The position numbers and the translations under genes are program-made. The notes beneath the pieces are model-generated. The model was not told the DNA's origin and made no database searches. It saw nothing but the letters and a program-made list of their open reading frames with translations. Shown here piece by piece: positions 51,956 through 63,185 of a stretch of DNA of 64,000 nt. The DNA lies in the NCBI RefSeq assembly GCF_006345805.1, contig NC_043016.1, forward strand, positions 5,642,001 to 5,706,000, in the 5' to 3' direction. This DNA comes from Octopus sinensis. Its lineage: Eukaryota. How positions within the stretch are numbered: the stretch's first letter is position 1; each line of letters begins with the position of its first letter.

Positions 51956-52349
51956 TTATATATAAAAGAGAAGTTGTGTATCTGTCTCCTACGATTTAGA
52001 TTCCTAACTTCTCCCACATTTTGCGGTGCAGTTTAACCAAAAGTGGGTATCTTATAGTCGTCATTCATATCGATCCCTTCTGGTATTAGCACGCGTCTAT
52101 GATGAGTCTATGATTTTAAAAATAATTTACCATCATTTTTTTACATTTTAATGCGTTTTTTCGCTATTATATAAGGGAAGTAACTCTCTAAAAATGTCTA
52201 CGATGAGTCAACGATTTAAAAAAAAATTTACCATAATTTTTTTCCCATTTTTAATGCATTTTTTTGCTATTTTATGGCTATAACTCTCTAAAAATGCTTA
52301 CATAGTTATTTCCCTTACAAACCCGAGCAACGCCAGGCGATACTGCTAG
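51953..52349 (+). mobile_element. Non-autonomous Helitron-type element
   Basis: A|TCTTTATATATAAAAG ... CCCGAGCAACGCCAGGCGATACTGCTAG|T; internal ~100-bp tandem duplication; no TSD. Confidence 0.75.
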
Positions 52350-52641
52350 TATATATATACATATACAGGTACACACACACACACATATATATATATAAAC
52401 AGACTGGAATATATGGTACTATTTTAATACCATGTTACATTGGTTTCATTATTACACAAGGAATGCATTTTTTTGAATATATAAATATTAATGATAATGC
52501 CTAATGTAAACAACAATGAGACCAAAGATGGAAAATGGGCAATGATTATGTACATGTTCTTGCTCTTTCATCAGCACTACATCCAACCGTTAACCATCCA
52601 TGAACTCATTGCTTAAATAGCCACTAAACACAGTAGTGTAA

Positions 52642-53146
52642 CATCATCATCATTTAACGTCCGCTTTCCATGCTAGCATGGGTTGGACGAATGACTGAGG
52701 GCTGGAGAACCAGATGGCTGCACCAGGCTTCAATCTTGATCTGGCAGAGTTTCTACAGCTGGATGCCCTTCCTAACGCCAACCACTCCAAGAGTGTAGTG
52801 GATGCTTTTACGTGCCACCTGCATGGGGCCAGTCAGGCGGTACTGGCAATGACCTCGCTCAAATATTTTTACACATGCCACCGGCACAGGTGCCACTTTT
52901 ATGTGCCACTGGCACAGAGGCCAGGTAGCCGCTCTGGCAACAATCACGCTCGGATGGTACTCTTAATACTCTACTAGCATGGGACTCGAGTGCCGGTAAG
53001 GCGATGCTGGTAATGATCACACTTGAATGGTGCCTTTTAAGTGCCACTGGCACGGAAGCCGGTTAACCGCTCTGTCAATGATCACACTCGTATGGTGCTC
53101 TTTGCACCCTGCTAGCACAGACGCCAGTCATCGAATTTGATTTTGA
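52642..53146 (-). mobile_element. SINE family C, long form
   Basis: CATCATCATTTAACGTCCGCTTTCCATGCTAGCATGGGTTGGAC...GGATGCCCTTCCTAACGCC. Confidence 0.9.
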
Positions 53147-53199
53147 TTATTATTGGATATTCCAGATTTACACATTAAATACATTCCTGGCAACTGGTA

Positions 53200-53445
53200 C
53201 ATCATCATCATCATCATCATTGTTTAACGTCTGTTTTCCACGCTAGCATGGGTTGGACGGTTCGACCGGGGTCTGGGAAGCCAGGGCTGCACCAGGCTCC
53301 AGTCTGCTCTGGCAGTGTTTCTACAGCTGGATGCCCTTCCTAACGTGTAGTGGGTGCTTTTTACGTGCCACCTGCACAGGTGCCAGGGGGGGTCTGGCAT
53401 TGGTGCTTTTAACGTGCCACCGGCACGGGCGTGCCGGGACACCAG
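53200..53445 (-). mobile_element. SINE family C
   Basis: Same consensus. Confidence 0.9.
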
Positions 53446-53693
53446 ATTTCATTATGTGTTTAATATAGTTTATAATATAATATATTATGGTTGCATAATG
53501 AAATACAGTGTCCCCTACAAGTCATTAACAGTATAAAAATGTATTCCTGGATATGTTGTCACAGTCTGAAGAAAAGGTGATAGAATGAAAAAAGACTGGA
53601 ATATTTTTTACCATAACTGACTTTAGGCATTAAACAACAATAACAACAGCAACAACAGTGTGTATTATAAGTAAGAGTTGGAGAATGTTTTAC

Positions 53694-53845
53694 CTTTCAT
53701 CATGAGAAAGTGAGAGTGAATGGATACTTCCATCACACTTGGGATAAGAATACAACAAAGTAAGATCGTGAGTTCTCCAAACATCAGCAACACCGGATTC
53801 TCCTCCGGTGATCAGGTATTCACCCCCACGACTTAGTATCATCGT
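53694..53845 (-). CDS. NBEA: Neurobeachin WD40 exon (152 bp, phase 0 to 2)
   Basis: TTGTAG acceptor and AG|GTAAAA donor; TMILSRGGEYLITGGESGVADVWRTHDLTLLYSYPKCDGSIHSLSLSHDE aligns by memory to NBEA AILLSSDGQNLVTGGDNGVVEVW...LSHDQ. Confidence 0.93.
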
Positions 53846-54342
53846 CTACAATAACAACAGCAAGAAATTTCATTATCATTATTAATTATTATTATTATAA
53901 GTATTACATGAATACAGGCATATATTTTGAAAGTGAAATATATGAGTGATGTGTTTGGAATCTGTGAGAGAGAGATAGAGAGAGAGAGAGAGAGATATAC
54001 ATCTTTGACAAATAATTTGAGCTGAAATCCTGTGTTAAAAAACTAAAAGAATTACATCATAGAAGAATCATCTTAACATTTAAAAAAGACACACACACAC
54101 ACATACAATAACATATATATTCATATTTGTTCTATCAATGTACAGAATGTATAAAAAAAATATTCTACATTTATGATCTGCTGTCTTGAGGGTCTATTCC
54201 GCTGCAATATTAGTGGCCACATAAAAAATGTATAACTTTGATACTCAGTAGTGTAAACTGAAACAACACATAAATATATAAATATGAGCACATGTTCACA
54301 GACACGCACACACATCTATAAGTGTGTGTGTGTGTGTATATA

Positions 54343-55199
54343 CAGGGTGCAATGGGTAAATTGTCACCATTTTATATTTTTAATTTTATGCATTGTTCAT
54401 TTTTGATTTTGTCTACTATAGAGTATGGTAGGGTCAGTTGGGCACCATCCGTGAGAAAAACAGCACCATGATGCAATTCATTCTGCCAGAAATTTGTAAA
54501 CGACATGCTGTACTGTTTGGCATTTGTGCAGGAAGCTCCAATATGAACATTTCAGAGAGTTTGGGTGTCAGTCTGAGTTTTTACCATGCCCCCAAAACAT
54601 GTAACGAGAGTGATAAAAATCAAACATCCACTCAACATCATGGTGTTTGGAGTTATCACTAGTGATGGCAATGTTATGCTTCCATTCATCTTCTCACATG
54701 GCTTCAAACTCAATACAAAAGGAAGTAGTGCTGCCTTGGGTCAAGAGGGTGGCTGCTGGAAGATCCTGTCCAGCAACAAGATTCCGCACCATACAAGCAG
54801 GAGAACCCAGACATGGCTGTCAGACAATTTCTGCAACCACATCACCCCTAACATTTAGCCACCCACCTCCCCAGATTGCAACCTTCTCGATTATTATGTG
54901 TGTGGCACAGTTGAGTGAAAGACCAGCAAAACTCCTTGTAACACCAAAGATGAATTGAAGGCAAGGATTATGGTAGCATTCATCAACTTAAACAAGGACA
55001 CAGTCCAGAAGAGTTGCAGGAGATTCGGAAGTTGTCTGGAAACTGTAGTTGAAGCCAATGGTGAATTTATTGAATAAATTTACTCTTTAGTATTTCAAGA
55101 TATTTTTATGTAATTTCGGTAAATGTATATGTTAAAATGAGATGTCAGTGTCTTCATTTTTGTGTAATTTAGATGACAGTTTATTTATCACAGCCTCTG
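54343..55199 (+). mobile_element. Internally deleted Tc1/mariner element, DD37D (maT)-like
   Basis: TA|CAG termini at both ends; KHPLNIMVFGVITSDG, QQDSAP, PPTSPDCNLLDYYV. Confidence 0.75.
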
Positions 55200-55229
55200 T
55201 ATGTGTGTGTGTGTATATATATATATATA

Positions 55230-55445
55230 TTTATCTACGTGTGGAGTCATTCACTTGTGAATTTCATCACACACAACATGGACCAAATATATATTCAAAT
55301 AAGTAAAACATAATATCAGGAATAGCGATAGCGAAACCGGTCGATATATCAAAACTATGTAAGTGTGCGTATTTTCCTTTTTTAATTTCTTATATACATT
55401 ACAACCCACCACGTGGGGATAATCGAAATTCCTCTTTTCTGTTAC
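55230..55445 (+). repeat. TA-flanked module with a decayed hammerhead-like motif (possible Penelope pLTR remnant)
   Basis: ATATC...GCGATAGC GAAA CCGG TC GATAT at 55313-55347; flanked by (TA)n. Confidence 0.45.
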
Positions 55446-55987
55446 TACTACTACTATATATATATATATGGAAATGGATGTGTGGCATTTAATTAGATAA
55501 TAATAATGGAGCCACTACATGGTTTCCTTATAGAAATAACAACCAAATCTCTCTCAGATTACATTCTACCATCTTAGAGGTACGACAAATTAGATAAAGT
55601 GGTTGTGTACACTGTAATTAAAAAAAGTTGAGATGGTTGAGGCTGGAATCCCTTTGATCATGGTCTTGCCCAATCAGTGTCAGACTGGATCAAATTAACA
55701 ACAACAATAACCCCCCCCCACACACACACACAATACTATCATATCATCTGTATAAACATGTAGCTAAATGGATGACTGTTGGTTTTGTAGAGCAAGCCAT
55801 GTGTGTATGTGTGTAGCATGAAGCTTTGGCATATGTGGCGCAGATATAATGGAAACCTTCCCAAGAGTATATATTTTCTTTATGAGGAGTTATCCTTGAG
55901 CAGAAGGGTAGCTTTTCCTTTTTAGACAAGGTAGTGTTTATACCACATATTATATGATCAGCCTCATATTATACCACATATCAGCCT

Positions 55988-56245
55988 CATCATCGTTTAA
56001 CGTCTGCTTTCCATGCTAGCAAGGGTTGGACGATTTGACTGAGGGCTGGCGAACAAGACTCCAAACTGATCTGGCAGGGTTTCTACAGCTGGATGTCCTT
56101 CCTAACACCAACCACTCCGAGAGTGTAGTAGGTGCTTTTATGTGCCACCAGCACGAGGGCCAGTCAGGCAGTACTGGCAACGGCCATGTCCAAATGGTGC
56201 TTTTTACGTGCCACCTGCACAGGAGCCAGTCCAGCAGCACTAGGC
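55988..56245 (-). mobile_element. SINE family C
   Basis: CATCATCGTTTAACGTCTGCTTTCCATGCTAGC...CTACAGCTGGATG. Confidence 0.88.
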
Positions 56246-56520
56246 TCATCCTCATATGATCACATATTATATGATCAGTGAGGAGGGTATTAAAGGCTCA
56301 GACACCTGGCTCTATCTGTCCTTTAGTTAAACATTCTCACAAGATTTTTGGGTATCTTTAGTGTGATTCACTCTGTGGTAAGCATTTGAGCCTTGTTTCT
56401 GGTTTGAAGGTATTTTTCCCCTTCCTATAATGGAGGCCTTGTAAAGAGTTGTAGGCCCTGTCCTTCCCCTTATGACTATTTCATTGACACAAATAAAATA
56501 AAAAATCTACATCCAATCAT

Positions 56521-56907
56521 GAAACTGGCATTGTGGTAAGTTTGCTTTCCAACCACATGGTTGTGGGTTCAGTCCCACTGCATGACACATTGGGCAAGTG
56601 TCTTATACCAACCAAAGCCTTGCAAGTGCAATTGGTAGATGGAAACTCAAAGAAGCCTTTTGTGCATTGTGTGTGCATGAGCACATGTGTGCGTGTGTGT
56701 GCACACATATTTGTGTGTTTCTGTGTCTGCTTCTTCCCCACTATTGCTTGACAACCTGTGTTTGTGTGTTTACATCCCCATAACATAGCAGTTCAGCAAA
56801 AGGGATTGATGGAATAAGTACCAAGCTTAAATATAAGTGGATTCATTCAAAGGCAGTGCACCAGCATGGCCACAGTCTAATAACCAAAACAAGTAAAAGA
56901 TAAAAAT
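56521..56907 (+). mobile_element. Old SINE family A copy
   Basis: GTGGTAAG...GGGTTCAGTCCCACTGC...TTGGGCAAGTG...CCAGCATGGCCACAG. Confidence 0.82.
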
Positions 56908-57097
56908 GAAGTTGAATATATTGGATAATGCAGTCCTAATCAAACAAAAAAATATGATGTGGTCATGGTTGGAATGTCTTTGACAATAGGTCAACAGTAA
57001 AAGACTAAATTTCAAACAGAGAGAATACACTAACTGTGTTTGAGAAAAAAGTTTCAAAGAATTCATTGCATATAAATGATAACACAGTGTTATTTAC

Positions 57098-57294
57098 CAA
57101 AATATTGTCTTTGTGTTTCTCATACTGTAGAAGCCTGCCATTCACTGTGAAGCTGCAGATATTTCCTGAATCAAATTTCACAAGAACAAAAGCTTCTCTT
57201 GACATTGTGATCAACTCTGGGGAGAAGCAGTTTTTGGGAGGATCTAAAGATTGGAGTAAATCTCCTGTCAGTGTGTGAACAAGGCAAGGACCAT
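57098..57294 (-). CDS. NBEA: Neurobeachin WD40 exon (197 bp, phase 1 to 0)
   Basis: TTTATTTCAG acceptor and TTG|GTAAAT donor; GPCLVHTLTGDLLQSLDPPKNCFSPELITMSREAFVLVKFDSGNICSFTVNGRLL resembles NBEA GPCLVHTITGDLLRALEGPENC...FSINGKLL. Confidence 0.95.
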
Positions 57295-57342
57295 CTGAAA
57301 TAAAAAAAAAAATTTTTTTAGGAAGGATAATATTCATATTTC

Positions 57343-57393
<51 letters not shown>

Positions 57394-57507
57394 TGTGGAG
57401 AGAGGAGAGTTTAGACACAATAAAGCTTTGTGGTTTGGTGGGGAATAATAATAATAATAATATTTTTAAAAAAGGATTGACGTAATTCTTCACAAAGGTA
57501 AACAGTC

Positions 57508-58950
57508 AAGACGAAGAGCATGATTCGATTGTAAGATATTTTATTGGTTGAAAGATATTTCAACAGTACATCTGTCTTTGTGGAGTTCAAAATATGAGGT
57601 GATAAAGATTCAAAATTACAGAAATTTATATTTAAAGTATGAACGAGAGCAACCAGCATCCAAACGTTGATGGAATCACATCATCAGCTTTTAAGTTACA
57701 ATTTTATAACAGGTGAAAAGAAAAAAACAGAAAAAGATAGAAGAAAGAGGAAAGGAAAAAGAAGAATATTTAATCAAACAGTTTTATATGAATTTGATGA
57801 AATTCCCCTGTCATTTTGTTCATCCCTTCAAGGTGTGATGTTAATAACCTGCAAACATATTTCTCCTCATACATTCTGAGAAGTGAAAGCGAAGTAAATT
57901 CAGAATATTTTCTGAGAATATGCACTTTCAAGTCTTCTTCAAATTTGCAGCCGCTTGAAACAAAATGTTCAGCAAGTTCTGTCGAACTACTGTTATTGTG
58001 GCTGATATCGAATCTGTGCCCATTAAACCTTTTGTTTAATTGTTCCGTTGTACAACCAACATAAATTAAGTTGTGTTTTGTGCATTGTGCAGCATACACC
58101 AAATGGGAATCTTTACATGTTCCACCTTCTGTATAAATCATAACATTTCTGTTATGATTTCTGATGGAATTCACTTCACTCATGTTGTTGCACAATGAAC
58201 AGGGCTTACCTCCCTTGCAGCTGTTCTTTATGGTACAGCGTGTAGATACTCCAATGTTCGTTTTCTTGGAGTCAGATATAGAGGTCAATAATTCTCTTAT
58301 ATTCTTATTCAGTCTAAAAGCTACAATAGGTGGCTGAGGAAATATCTGTTTGAAACGAGGATATTTTGTCACCCCATGCCAATAACTTTCTTGCAAATGA
58401 AATAGCTAAGATTAGCAAAGATAGTCAAACCTTCACACATAGTTTTAGCAAACACAATACAATAGATGACAGAATTCCTTTAGTGATTAACTGGCACCGA
58501 AATTTCACTGGCATTTCAAAAGTGTTGCATGGAAGTTACCAGAAAGCGCATATTCTCACAAAATATTCTGAATCTGCTTCACTTTCACTTCTCAGAATGC
58601 ATGAAGAGAAATATGTTTGCGGGTTATTAACATCACACCTTGGAGGAATGAATAAAATGACAAGAGAATATCATCAAATTTGATTAAATATTCTTCTTTT
58701 TCTCTTTTTTCTTTCCTTTTTTTCTGTTGTCTTCTTTTTTCTGTTTTTCTTTCTGCCTGTTATAAAATTGTAACTCAAGAACGGATGACGTCATTCCATC
58801 AACGTTGCTTTCCTTCATAATTTACGTTTAAATTTCTATAATTTCTATTTTTATCACTTCTAATTTTGAACTTGACAAAGACAGACTTACTGCTGAAATA
58901 TTGTTCAACCAATAAAATAGCTATTACAATTGAATCGCACTCTTCGTCTT
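57508..58950 (-). mobile_element. Penelope-like element 3' portion with inverted segment and inverted terminal repeats
   Basis: Minus-strand GIY-YIG ORF (FPQPPIVAFR, CKGGKPCSLC, LVYAAQCTKHNLIYVGCT, KRFNGHR, GMN); arms 57508-57923 and 58548-58950 are diverged reverse complements. Confidence 0.88.
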
Positions 58951-58958
58951 ATTATTGT

Positions 58959-58989
<31 letters not shown>

Positions 58990-59052
58990 TAATAATAAAA
59001 ATAATAATAAAAAAAAAATAACAATAATAATAATAATAATAATATAATAATA

Positions 59053-59092
<40 letters not shown>

Positions 59093-59120
59093 TAATAATA
59101 ATAAAAAAATAATAATAATA

Positions 59121-59159
<39 letters not shown>

Positions 59160-59210
59160 TAATAATAAAAATAATAATAAAAAATAATAATAATAACAAT
59201 AATAATAATA

Positions 59211-59286
<76 letters not shown>

Positions 59287-59290
59287 TACA
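58951..59290. repeat. (AAT)n microsatellite
   Basis: Direct reading. Confidence 0.97.
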
Positions 59291-59489
59291 ATAACCAGCA
59301 GCAGGGGCAGCAGTGCTGGCAAATATCTTAATTCTATAATTTAGTAATCAAGAATTGTAGTAAATAAAAGCTGCAGTTAATAAAATGAGTTGGTTGCTAA
59401 AAAAAAAAGATTAATGACTTTTAAGTGCATGAAATTGGAGTCTGTAACAAAGACATGTAATTAATAGTAGGGGGAGAAATAATTATGAT

Positions 59490-59576
59490 TAACTACAACT
59501 AATAATAATAATAAAATAATAATAATAATAATAATAATAAATAATAATAATGATGATAATAATAATAATAGTAGTA

Positions 59577-59641
<65 letters not shown>
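59490..59641. repeat. (AAT)n followed by (ATT)n
   Basis: Direct reading. Confidence 0.92.
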
Positions 59642-59642
<1 letters not shown>

Positions 59643-59845
59643 GAAGTGGTAAGCTGGTAGAATTGTTAGCACACTGAACAAAGTGCTTTTCTTCTGGCTC
59701 TTTGTATGCTGAGTTCAACTACCACTGAGGTCAATTCTGCCTTTCATCCTTTTGGGGTTGTTAAAATATATGCCAATTAAGTACTGAGTTCAATGCAATT
59801 GACTTCCCTCTCCCCTTCAAAATTGCTAGCCTTGTGCTAAAATTA
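59642..59845 (+). mobile_element. Old SINE family B copy
   Basis: AAGCTGGTAGAATTGTTAGC...GCCTTTCATCCTTTTGGGG. Confidence 0.75.
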
Positions 59846-59911
59846 AAAAGAATTGCTGCTGTTGATGATGATGATGATCATCATCATCATCATCATCGTC
59901 GTCATCATCAT

Positions 59912-60080
59912 CAACCCTTCAGTATTCAAACTGGCTATATCTGACCAGTTTTATGTCCAAACCGACCAGATCCAGCTTCTCACACTTCACCCTGCTACGT
60001 CCTTCCAAAAATAAGGAATCACCCTACGAAACCTTGAAGCTACCAAACAATGCATAATTAATCCCAAACAATGTGAATAT
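59912..60080. mobile_element. Partial copy of the 46150-46370 MITE
   Basis: Shared GACCAGATC...CTC.CAC...AATGCATAATTAAT...AATGTGAAT. Confidence 0.5.
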
Positions 60081-60094
60081 GAATTCCATACGGT

Positions 60095-60315
60095 TAAGGT
60101 GGTGAGCTGGCAGAACTGTTAGCAAGCTGGGCAAAGTACTTAGCAGTATTTTGTCCATCTTTATGTTCTGAGTTCAAATTCCTCCAGGGTCAACTTTGCC
60201 TTTCATCCTTTCAGGATTGATAGAATAAAGTACCATTTGGGTACAGGGGTCAATGTAACCATCTCACCCTCTTCCCAAAAATTGTTGGCCTTCAGCTAAC
60301 ATTTGAAATCATTAT
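60095..60315 (+). mobile_element. Old SINE family B copy
   Basis: GGTGAGCTGGCAGAACTGTTAGC...GAGTTCAAATTCC...CTTTGCCTTTCATCCTTTC. Confidence 0.8.
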
Positions 60316-60430
60316 TATCATTATTGTTTAATAAAGGGAGTGGGGGTGGGGTATTGTTGTTGTTGTTGTTTTTCTTCTTCTTCTTCTTCTTATTATTATC
60401 ATTATTATTTTTTTTTTTCAGAATACTTAC

Positions 60431-60535
60431 TTCTGGAACCACTGATGACCAATCCTAGCTCAGAAAGAACAGCCACGCATATAACCTCAGTTTGGTGACC
60501 AGTCAATGTAGCTTTTGGGGTTGGCTTCTCAGCAG
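60431..60535 (-). CDS. NBEA: Neurobeachin WD40 exon (105 bp, phase 1 to 1)
   Basis: TTTGTTTCAG acceptor and A|GTAAGT donor; AEKPTPKATLTGHQTEVICVAVLSELGLVISGSR matches NBEA/LRBA PRAxLTGHDxEVxCxxVCAELGLVxSG; joins in frame to the 57294 exon. Confidence 0.95.
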
Positions 60536-60849
60536 CTGAAACAAAGACAGCATCTATTATTCAATTATATATTTTCAAACACAAGTTTGTAAATCAAAAA
60601 TTAAATGAAATTTCACTACATCTTTATGTTTTTCCCAGTCACTGTCACTCACCTTTATACAATGAAGGGTAGCCAAGCATCTTTAACAAGATACTTGGGC
60701 CTGCTCTATTACATTCTAACCTCTCAACACCTAGCATAAAGTCACCTGTCTAATGTCAAATACTCCTTCCCCTACTTAACGAAGGGGAAATTTTCCTTTT
60801 CTTCTCTTGCAAGTTACATAGTGATCTCAATAGAGCTGAGGGCACATAA

Positions 60850-61036
60850 ATACCCAGCACACTTTGTAAGGTGGTTGGCAATAGAAAGGGCATCCAGCCA
60901 CAGAAAACCTGGTAAAAGCAGATATTGGAGACCAACATAGTCTCAGGGCTCGAAAAATCCTGCCAAATTATCTGACCGATGTTAGCTTGGGAAATGGACA
61001 TCAATCATTGATACCAAAAAGGATGATGATGATGAT
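60850..61036 (+). mobile_element. SINE family C fragment
   Basis: GGTTGGCAATAGAAAGGGCATCCAGCC; (GAT)n tail. Confidence 0.75.
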
Positions 61037-61589
61037 GGTCATAAAACTCCAGCAGTACTTGTTCACTGTAGTGTGAGCGAGGGAGGTTTGCGTTTTTTTT
61101 TTTTTGCAACATCACACCTCTCCCACAACCCCACACAGAGGACACGATGTACATCATTGTCACACTCAACAATACTGACCACCCTGCTAATCACGTGCGC
61201 GCGCACACACACACACACACTCCGTTGTCGCTGCTGTTGCCGCCACCACCACCACCACCACCACCACCGTCGCCATCACTCAGCTCAGAAATCCTTATTA
61301 TTACTGTAATTATCATCCTGTTCGCTCTCCTCCTCAAGGTTTAATATTTTGGTTGTTTAACCAATTAGATTCCTTCTCGGTTATTTTTCCATTGATTCAG
61401 ATTTTTTTTTAAATAATTAAAAAAAAACAATAAAGAATTTGGAAAAACTGATGCAAACACACACGCACACACATTCAGCTCTTACAAGCCATAGGTTCCA
61501 CGAGCTGAGGAATTATGATTGGCCAGGAGGATGCAAGCTGATTTATGGTTGGCCTCCAAGAGTTACGTGACGATGTCACATAAAATGCA

Positions 61590-61790
61590 TTTGATCCAGT
61601 GTCATGTAAAAGCACCCAGCCCCACACTGTAAAGTGGTTGGTGTTAGGAAGGGCATCCAGCCATAGAAACCAAGCCAAATCAGACTGGAGCTTGGGGCAG
61701 CTTCCCAGCTCTGGTCAAACCATCCAATGCATTTCAGCATGGGAGACAAATATTACAGGATGGTGATGATGATGATGGTAATGATGATGA
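61590..61790 (+). mobile_element. SINE family C fragment
   Basis: GGTTGGTGTTAGGAAGGGCATCCAGCC; (GAT)n tail. Confidence 0.8.
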
Positions 61791-62581
61791 CACTTAATGA
61801 TTGGTAGCCTTGTGTAGTTGATTGATCAGATACTCATACTGCAGACATGGCAACATAGTCAATAGTTCAGTCACTTTATATTCAAAAGGTTAACTTCATG
61901 TAGTTTGTAGCTATTTAACCCCAAGTCAACCCTGACAAGTAGACCATTGACCAAAGACACCTTAATCACAACCATGCCTGTCTATTCACATCCAACATTG
62001 CTATAACCACATTATCCAGTGTGTCCTTTCTTAATCATATGATGTGATTTGAAGGAGACTTGGGTGCTATTTCTAGCACGTCCTGCAACTATTTAAAGAC
62101 TCTCTAGTTAGCATAAATTTGGAAACAAAGAACCAGATCACCTGAAAGGGCTGTCTATGTCACATCCAGTAGTGTGATTATCTCTTACCTGGCTCCTGCT
62201 TTGAAATCAGAACTGAAGACCATCCCTTAAAAGTTGCTTGGGGTTAAGGAACCATAAAAACCTAAGAACATTTCATAATTAAAAGATACTCTTTTAAAAT
62301 TGCTCTAAATGTTAAGTCTTACTGTTATCAGAGATCTTTCCTTGGCAACAGCACATCCTTAACATTGCTACGATGATCACGTCCTAGTGACTGGTTCCTC
62401 TGTTCAGGGCAGCCAGAAGATAACTTCAGCTCCAATAAATTTTTTATATTCTACAAAGCTTGGGTGGGATCCAAAACAGAAGTATTACCCTCACATATGA
62501 AACAATCCCGAAGTTACACACAGACATTGCTGACTGCAGCCAAAAAATGACCACCCAACTGATTGGTTTGTAGATATTTAA

Positions 62582-62801
62582 CCCTTTCATCACTATATTT
62601 ATTTTGAGATGGTCTGTGTTTCTTTCAATTACTTTAAATATTACAAAGAATTTAGTAAAATAACTTGGTTATCATTAAGCTAGTGTTAGGAACATAAAAT
62701 GTGACTAAGGTTTGGTGGAAGATTTTAATACAAAACTTATGGAAACAAGACATTTGTACTCAGAGCCAGAGGCAGTTTCAGCCGGGTTGGTAACGAAAGG
62801 G
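62582..62801. mobile_element. 220-bp piggyBac-like MITE
   Basis: TTAA|CCCTTTCATCAC ... GTAACGAAAGGG|TTAA; TTAA TSD on both sides, 10/12 TIR match. Confidence 0.85.
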
Positions 62802-62859
62802 TTAAAGACATTGTCCAGCCACTAGCAAACAGGCACCCTAGATCCTCTCTCTGACACCA

Positions 62860-63185
62860 AAAACTGGCGCTCTGTAGGTTACAACAAGGGCTTCAGTTCA
62901 TCCAATCAGAAGAACAGCCTGCTCATGAAATTAACATGCAAGTGGCTGATTACTCCACAGACATGTGTACTCTTAACATAGTTCTCAGGGAGATTCAGCA
63001 TGACATAGAATGTGACAAGGCTAACCCCTTTGAATTACTGGTACAACTGATTTTTGCCAGCCGCATGGACTGGAGCAATGTGAAATAAAGTGTCTTGCTC
63101 AAGGGTACAACACGCTACCAGGAATCAAAATCACAACATTACGATCATGAGCTGAATACCCAAATAACTAACCCATGCCCTTCAC
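62860..63185 (-). mobile_element. SINE family D
   Basis: Same body as 41570 and 44330. Confidence 0.82.

Noticed and set aside
57295-57337. N-terminal part of the 57005-57337 ORF as coding
   Set aside because: It lies beyond the AG acceptor; similarity is confined to 57098-57294, and the spliced first codon is AAT (Asn), not the Asp shown in the ORF track.
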